The notes beneath the pieces are model-generated. The model made no database searches, was not told the DNA's origin, and was given only the letters and a program-made list of their open reading frames with translations. 64,000 nucleotides of DNA from Polyangiaceae bacterium (GTDB taxonomy: Bacteria > Myxococcota_A > Polyangia > Polyangiales > Polyangiaceae): contig CBDCTZ010000016.1 in the NCBI GenBank assembly GCA_965222375.1, positions 768,001 to 832,000 of the forward strand, read 5' to 3'. The position numbers and the translations under genes are program-made. Below, one piece after another: positions 59,109-64,000 of the stretch; the first letter of the stretch is position 1, and every line of letters starts with the position of its first letter.

Positions 59109-59816
59109 ATGTTCAGGCACGTGGTGCGAGGGGCGTGTTTGGCAGGGCTGGCACTGGGCGTCGCTGTGGCCTGTGGGGGCTCGACATCCGGCTCGAATCC
59201 TGACGGCGGCGCAGGCAGCGGCGCCGCTGGCGGTGGAGGCACGGCCGCCGGGGGCGGTTTCTCGGGCAGCGGGGGTGCTCTCACCGGGGGCACCACCGGA
59301 ACGGGAGGCACCGCGGGTACCGGCGGAGGCGCGGGCAACACCTTCTCCAGTTGCAACGGTCCGGGTCAATGCAGGCTGTTCCCGACGAACTGTTGCGGCT
59401 ACTGCAGCGAGCCGAAGCTCAATGGCTTCGTTGGCGTCAACATCGCCGAAACAAAGGCTGCGAACGCTTTCTACTGCTCGGATCCGGTCGCCTGCCCTGA
59501 CTGCATCGAGTTCCCCCAACCCAACTTCGTCGCACTATGCGAGGCCGGTCAATGTACCCCGCGGGATCTGCGCGACACGGAGCTCAGCGCGTGCAACACC
59601 AAGGACGACTGCCGCCTGCGCTGGGGCTCGGGTTGTTGCGAGACGTGCAGCGGAACGGCCTTGGACCTCGTTGCCCTGAACAAGAACACCAACCTCGAGC
59701 AGCTGATGTGCGGCCCCGCCGGCGATTGTCCGCCCTGCCTGCCGCAACCTTTCCCCGCCGGTACCTCAGCGGAGTGCGTCGGGGGCCATTGTCAGGTCCT
59801 CATCCAGCAGGACTGA
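59109..59816 (+). CDS. Gly-linker lipoprotein with two tandem Cys-rich modules
   Basis: AVAC lipobox; two C-x5-C...CC-x2-C...C-x2-C...C-x4-C modules. Confidence 0.75.
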   Translation: MFRHVVRGACLAGLALGVAVACGGSTSGSNPDGGAGSGAAGGGGTAAGGGFSGSGGALTGGTTGTGGTAGTGGGAGNTFSSCNGPGQCRLFPTNCCGYCSEPKLNGFVGVNIAETKAANAFYCSDPVACPDCIEFPQPNFVALCEAGQCTPRDLRDTELSACNTKDDCRLRWGSGCCETCSGTALDLVALNKNTNLEQLMCGPAGDCPPCLPQPFPAGTSAECVGGHCQVLIQQD

Positions 59817-59860
59817 CAATAGGCGACACACCGGCGCTCGGTTGCACTAGCGTTGGGGGC

Positions 59861-60328
59861 GTGCCGCGCTTGCTGATCGTGTTGCTTGCCGTCGCCAGTG
59901 TCGTTTCCACTTCGGCTCCGGCGAACGCCGAAGATGACCCATGGTGGGGCGAGGACAAGGCGCTGCATTTCTCGTTTTCCGCCGTCATTGCCGCGGGCGG
60001 ATACGGCGTTGCTGTGCCTTTCAGCGAAGAGCGTTGGCACCGAGCCCTGTTTGGCGGCGGACTAGCGGTCACTGCGGGCGCCGCCAAGGAAGGCTACGAC
60101 GCCACCGGCGCGGGCAGCCCGAGCTATCGCGACTTCACCTGGGACGTCGTGGGCGCCGCCACCGGAGTGGGCTTGGCTCTGCTGCTCGATTGGGCGCTGT
60201 CTTCGAAGGGCGATGAACCCTCCCAGCGATCACCCATGCGCTCGTCACGAGCGCACCCGTTACCAGCGGCCGACAGCGCGAGCGACGCGACTCAGTATGC
60301 CGCCCGGCGCTGGCTGAGCGCGAAATGA
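59861..60328 (+). CDS. YfiM-like (DUF2279-type) membrane protein
   Basis: WWGEDKALHF, GAAKEGYD, SYRDFTWDVVGA. Confidence 0.7.
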   Translation: MPRLLIVLLAVASVVSTSAPANAEDDPWWGEDKALHFSFSAVIAAGGYGVAVPFSEERWHRALFGGGLAVTAGAAKEGYDATGAGSPSYRDFTWDVVGAATGVGLALLLDWALSSKGDEPSQRSPMRSSRAHPLPAADSASDATQYAARRWLSAK

Positions 60329-60640
60329 ACGCGCGTCCTTCAGCAGGTCGCGACCTGCAATGGGCCTACCGTGGCCGGGCAAGAGGTGGCGAACGTCCAA
60401 TTCGCGGAGCCGCTCTTCCGTATCCCGCGACAGCGTCCGATCCGTGACCTCCGGATTGAACCAGGCGCGGCCAGCGTGGGTGAGCACGGCGTCCCCGGAG
60501 ATCAGCGTTGCGGAATCCCGGTGGTACAGGCATGTGGAGTCGTCGGTGTGGCCCGGGACAAGGACCACCTCCCAGCTATCTGTGGTCGCTAGCGTTTCGC
60601 CGTCGACCACTAGATGCTCGGTCGGATGCCGTGCAGTCGG
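60260..60640 (-). pseudogene. C-terminal fragment of an MBL-fold metallo-hydrolase
   Basis: PGHTDDS, ISGD and LPGHG present; HxHxDH half missing; 5' boundary approximate. Confidence 0.65.
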
Positions 60641-60690
60641 CTTCGCAGCTTTCCTTTGAATGCCTTGACTCTCCCGAGGCAGGCGCGTAG

Positions 60691-61182
60691 TTGCAGCCCA
60701 CCGTCTTGACCACGCAATCAACGCATTTCTCCAAGAAAGCGATCGCCGAGGCCGGCCGCCCATTGATCAGCCAGCAGCGCCCGGTCCGGTTTCAGGACGT
60801 GGATGCTGCGGGCACGATCTACTTCCCGCGGATCTTCGAGTACTTCAGTGACACGTATCTCGCGCTTCTGATCGAAGCTGGCCTCGACGTGCCCACGATG
60901 CTCGCGCGGCGAGAGCGAGCCGCGCCTCTGGTTCACGCTGAGGCCGACTACGAGGCCCCGTTGCACTTTGGTGACTCGGTCGACGTGCATGTGGTGCTGG
61001 CGCATCTGGGGACATCGAGCACCCGTTACGGCTATCGCGTGAACAAGACTGACGGAACCCTCGCGGCCGTCGGACAAACCCACCACGTTTGGATCGACAG
61101 CCACACCTTCAAGCCTTGCCCCATGCCCGCCGCCCTGCGCAGCCACCTCCTCGGGCGTCCGGGCGTCACGACCGAGACCTGA
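60691..61182 (+). CDS. Acyl-CoA thioesterase (4-HBT/YbgC hot-dog fold)
   Basis: VRFQDVDAAGTIYF, APLHFGD, GTSS. Confidence 0.85.
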   Translation: MQPTVLTTQSTHFSKKAIAEAGRPLISQQRPVRFQDVDAAGTIYFPRIFEYFSDTYLALLIEAGLDVPTMLARRERAAPLVHAEADYEAPLHFGDSVDVHVVLAHLGTSSTRYGYRVNKTDGTLAAVGQTHHVWIDSHTFKPCPMPAALRSHLLGRPGVTTET

Positions 61183-61346
61183 GCGAGCCGCCTTGCGCGC
61201 TTCTTTTCGCGCGCAGAGGACTACCAGCCTCGTTCTTTGCTTGGGTTTTGGGGGTCGGTTCGCGGGTGCGCCCCGGGCCACTACTCCCAACGTGGGCCAC
61301 ATAGCGCTGCTGAACCCGTGGCGAAGGTTGCACCTCCGACGTTCGC

Positions 61347-62216
61347 TCAGGCAGCCGTGGTGCTTGGCTCGGTCAGCGCATCCACCACAGCGCGGATCGC
61401 GGGTGAGTCGCTCAAAGCGGTTCGGGTCGCGCACCAGAGGCGCTGACTGCCTTTGAACCCCGGCAACGGAAAAGTCTGAAGTTCCTTCTCGACCACGGTG
61501 TATTCCGGGAGAATGGTCTGCCCAAGGCCCAGCATGACCAGCGACTTGAGAGTCTGGATGTGCGCGATTCGAATCGTGACATCCTCGGTCCAGGCGCGAT
61601 CTTCCATATAGTTCCAGACGGCATCGAAGAAGGGGTCCCCAGCCGGGCCGTAGGCAACCCAGTTCTTTGGCGTCGTGCCCCTCTGGCGGGTCACGCGCAC
61701 GGGCCGAACTGGCTGCAGCTCGATCACCTCCACGTCTTCAGTCGGTGGCTGACCGACCCCGAGGAGCAAGTCGAGATCACCGGCCGCAAGCTGGTCGGTC
61801 AAGCGATCCATCACGCCATACTCCAGCTCGATACGCAGCGCGCTGTGCTCGTGTCGCAGCTTCGGCAGACACGGTAGTAAGCGATACAGGGCTGCTGTCG
61901 GTAGCGAGCCGACGCGAACGATCCCGTGGAGCGAAGTCTCGTCGTGGCGCCCGAGATCGGCGATGCGTTGCAGGTGAGGCAACAGGCGATCGATTTCATC
62001 ACGCACCTGCCGCCCGAGGGGCGTCAGGTGTAGCCGGCGTCCGACTCGCTTCAGCAACGAAGCACCCAACTGATGCTCGAGCTGTCGCAGCCGCGTGCTG
62101 ATCGCCGGTTGGGTCCGGCCCAGCGCGGCGGCGGTCTTGGCGACCGTCCCCTCGGAAGCAAACGTCCTGAACGTCACCAGAAGCGCCAGGTCGAGACTCT
62201 GGAGTGTTCGATACAT
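61347..62216 (-). CDS. LysR-family transcriptional regulator
   Basis: TAAALGRTQPAISTRLRQLE...LTPLG HTH; substrate-binding domain. Confidence 0.92.
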   Translation of the reverse strand: MYRTLQSLDLALLVTFRTFASEGTVAKTAAALGRTQPAISTRLRQLEHQLGASLLKRVGRRLHLTPLGRQVRDEIDRLLPHLQRIADLGRHDETSLHGIVRVGSLPTAALYRLLPCLPKLRHEHSALRIELEYGVMDRLTDQLAAGDLDLLLGVGQPPTEDVEVIELQPVRPVRVTRQRGTTPKNWVAYGPAGDPFFDAVWNYMEDRAWTEDVTIRIAHIQTLKSLVMLGLGQTILPEYTVVEKELQTFPLPGFKGSQRLWCATRTALSDSPAIRAVVDALTEPSTTAA

Positions 62217-62229
62217 AAGTATTTCTTAT
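62215..62229. promoter_or_regulatory. LysR recognition box (T-N11-A palindrome)
   Basis: ATAAG-TATTT-CTTAT overlapping the lysR start codon in an AT-rich divergent spacer. Confidence 0.65.
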
Positions 62230-62312
62230 ATGTAAACCCACAAATATTTCAATTGAATCTAACTATTGCGGGCCTACTTTGCGCGCTGTCTTGCTTTCGG
62301 GAGGTTTGGGCG

Positions 62313-63194
62313 ATGAAAAAGCGGTCTTCGGTTGTGCTGGTGGTGTGCTTCGCGGTGGCCTGCGGCGGCAGCTCCGGCTCTGACGGGGCGATCAACCCTG
62401 ACGCCGGGTCTGGGGGCAACGGCGCAGGTGGCGTGTTTGGGGGTAGCGGTGGCATTGGCGGTACGGGCGGTGCAACCGGTGGTGCTGGCGGTACGGGCGG
62501 TGCAACCGGTGGTGCTGGCGGTACGGGTGGTGCAACCGGTGGTGCTGGCGGAGCAGCCGGCGGAGTTGGCGGAGCCACGGGAGGTGTTGGCGGTACCGGC
62601 GGTGCTGGCGGAGCGGCCGGCGGCGTTGGCGGAGCAACGGGCGGTGCTGGCGGCACGGGCGGAGCAACCGGCGGCGTGGGCGGAGCAGCTGGCGGCGCGG
62701 GCGGAGCAACGGGCGGCGCGGGCGGAGCAAGCGGCGGCGTTGGCGGAGCAACCGGTGGTGCTGGCGGGGCAACCGGCGGCGTGGGCGGAGCGACAGGCGG
62801 CACCGGAGGCGGTGCGGGCATTGCGTGTGGTGGCATCACGTGCAATGCGCCGGAGGCCTGTCTGATTTGCGATCCCGGTGGCACTCAGTCCCCGAAAAAG
62901 TGCACGCAACCATTCCAGGACACCTGCCCGACTTTCCCCAACCTGTTCATGTACTGCGATGACCACGGCGACTGTCCGGCGAAGGAGCAGTGCTTCATCA
63001 TCGAAGGCAGCATCGGTACCTACGGCCAGTGCTTCAAGCCCTCGGCTTGCCACAACACCTGCTCCTGCGGTGCCGGCTCCTTCACCATGGTCTGTGACAC
63101 TCTCAGTGACTGCCCAGCCTGCGCCACCGGCTGCAAGCCGTACAAGCAATTCGGCCAGGGGCCTGAGTTCCCAGTGAAGGTCTGTACCTGGTGA
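62313..63194 (+). CDS. Lipoprotein with long Gly/Ala/Thr linker and Cys-rich C-terminal domain
   Basis: GGAGG SD; AVAC lipobox; CDDHGDC-type Cys cluster. Confidence 0.8.
   Translation: MKKRSSVVLVVCFAVACGGSSGSDGAINPDAGSGGNGAGGVFGGSGGIGGTGGATGGAGGTGGATGGAGGTGGATGGAGGAAGGVGGATGGVGGTGGAGGAAGGVGGATGGAGGTGGATGGVGGAAGGAGGATGGAGGASGGVGGATGGAGGATGGVGGATGGTGGGAGIACGGITCNAPEACLICDPGGTQSPKKCTQPFQDTCPTFPNLFMYCDDHGDCPAKEQCFIIEGSIGTYGQCFKPSACHNTCSCGAGSFTMVCDTLSDCPACATGCKPYKQFGQGPEFPVKVCTW
62457..62810 (+). repeat. Coding tandem repeats: 30-nt unit x3 (62461-62550), then degenerate GGA(T/A)GG(A/V) units
   Basis: gtacggg(c/t)ggtgcaaccggtggtgctggcg three times. Confidence 0.85.
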
Positions 63195-63850
63195 CCCAGG
63201 GCACCGGTTTCACGAGCTACTCCGCCCCGATGGTAACCGGCATCATTGCTGACGTTCACGAAGGAAATCCGTCAGTCAAGCACTGGCCTGGCGTTGTCAT
63301 GGCTGGTCTCATGGCAACTGCGGACGAGAACACGGATGAAAACCTGGGCAACGCTTGGCCCTTGAGCCTGCATGATGCCGTCGACGACTCGGACGGGGCC
63401 GGCCTGGCCAACGGCTTCTGGGCGGCGTTTGCCCTCGCGGGCAATGCAAAGCGAAACGGTGGCGATCCGGCCGCAAGTCTGGGACACGACTTTGGCCACA
63501 TCTATCCCACAACCACACCCGCGCAGTCGTTCTACTCCGAGACTTGGAATGCATCGGTGGCCAGCGGTGCGAGGCTTCGGGCCACATCCGTGCTGCTAAC
63601 TGCACCCACGTGCCCGAATCCGCTCTCGTGGGACACTTGCACCGGCACCACCTACCCACTGTACTTCTTGGCTATCTACGACAGTGTGGGCACGCTGGTG
63701 TCGCTATCGATGAACACCAACAACAACTACCAAGTCGTCAACGTCTTGAACAGCTCGGGGCAAACCGCCAACTATACACTCAGGATCTACCTTGCGAACT
63801 GGAGTGGGCTGAACATCGTCGAGTACGGTTTGGCCTGGACTTCGCTATGA
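63191..63850 (+). pseudogene. C-terminal fragment of a subtilisin-like (S8) peptidase with a beta-sandwich tail
   Basis: Begins at TSYSAPMVTG (catalytic-Ser region); in-frame TGA at 63164, so no upstream Asp/His. Confidence 0.55.
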
Positions 63851-63861
63851 CGGAGGCAAGC

Positions 63862-64000
63862 ATGTTACGTCGTTCTGTCGCGCATGCGGCAGCATTGGCT
63901 TCTCTCTTGGGACTCGTCGACTGCGCCAGCGATAACAAGGTGCCGAAGGGTGCCGCAGGCGGCGGAGGCGTAACGCAAGATGCTGCGGGTGGAGGAAGCA
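63862..64000 (+). CDS. Putative lipoprotein, N-terminal part (runs off the window)
   Basis: GGAGG SD; MLRRSVAHAAALASLLGLVDCASDNK followed by a Gly-rich linker. Confidence 0.6.
   Translation, partial: MLRRSVAHAAALASLLGLVDCASDNKVPKGAAGGGGVTQDAAGGGS

Noticed and set aside
62457..62810. 30-nt direct repeats as a CRISPR array
   Set aside because: No spacers, in-frame Gly-rich coding sequence, and no cas genes.

Overview
GC-rich, gene-dense chromosomal segment that reads like a Myxococcota (Polyangiaceae-type) genome: eukaryote-like Ser/Thr kinases, FHA, TPR-PEGA, TIGR02266/PilZ-like and MXAN_5187-like proteins, and many Gly-linker/Cys-rich lipoproteins. About 60 CDS. Housekeeping genes (eno, phoH, cysE-like, NAD kinase, ftsE-ftsX-envC-like, lgt, coaX, pcnB, proB, RluA, formyltransferase) are mixed with cell-envelope genes. 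I saw no rRNA, tRNA, CRISPR array, IS element or prophage. Most notable: (1) an orphan 145-aa ORF after ftsEX-envC whose C-terminus aligns without gaps to T3SS needle subunits (PrgI/MxiH), with no T3SS genes in the window; (2) a TANNNT hexamer 6-8 nt before many start codons, suggesting widespread leaderless transcription; (3) a 46-aa Lys/Arg-rich ORF missed by the ORF track; (4) unusual envelope fusions (gluzincin-PD40-Omp85; beta-barrel-SppA); (5) several apparent pseudo-enzymes (signal peptidase I without Ser/Lys, ABC ATPase without Walker A, PEP-utiliser with a decayed ATP-grasp); (6) an S41 protease split at a G8 tract; (7) gene fragments near the right end. All family calls are by motif recognition only; no searches were run.
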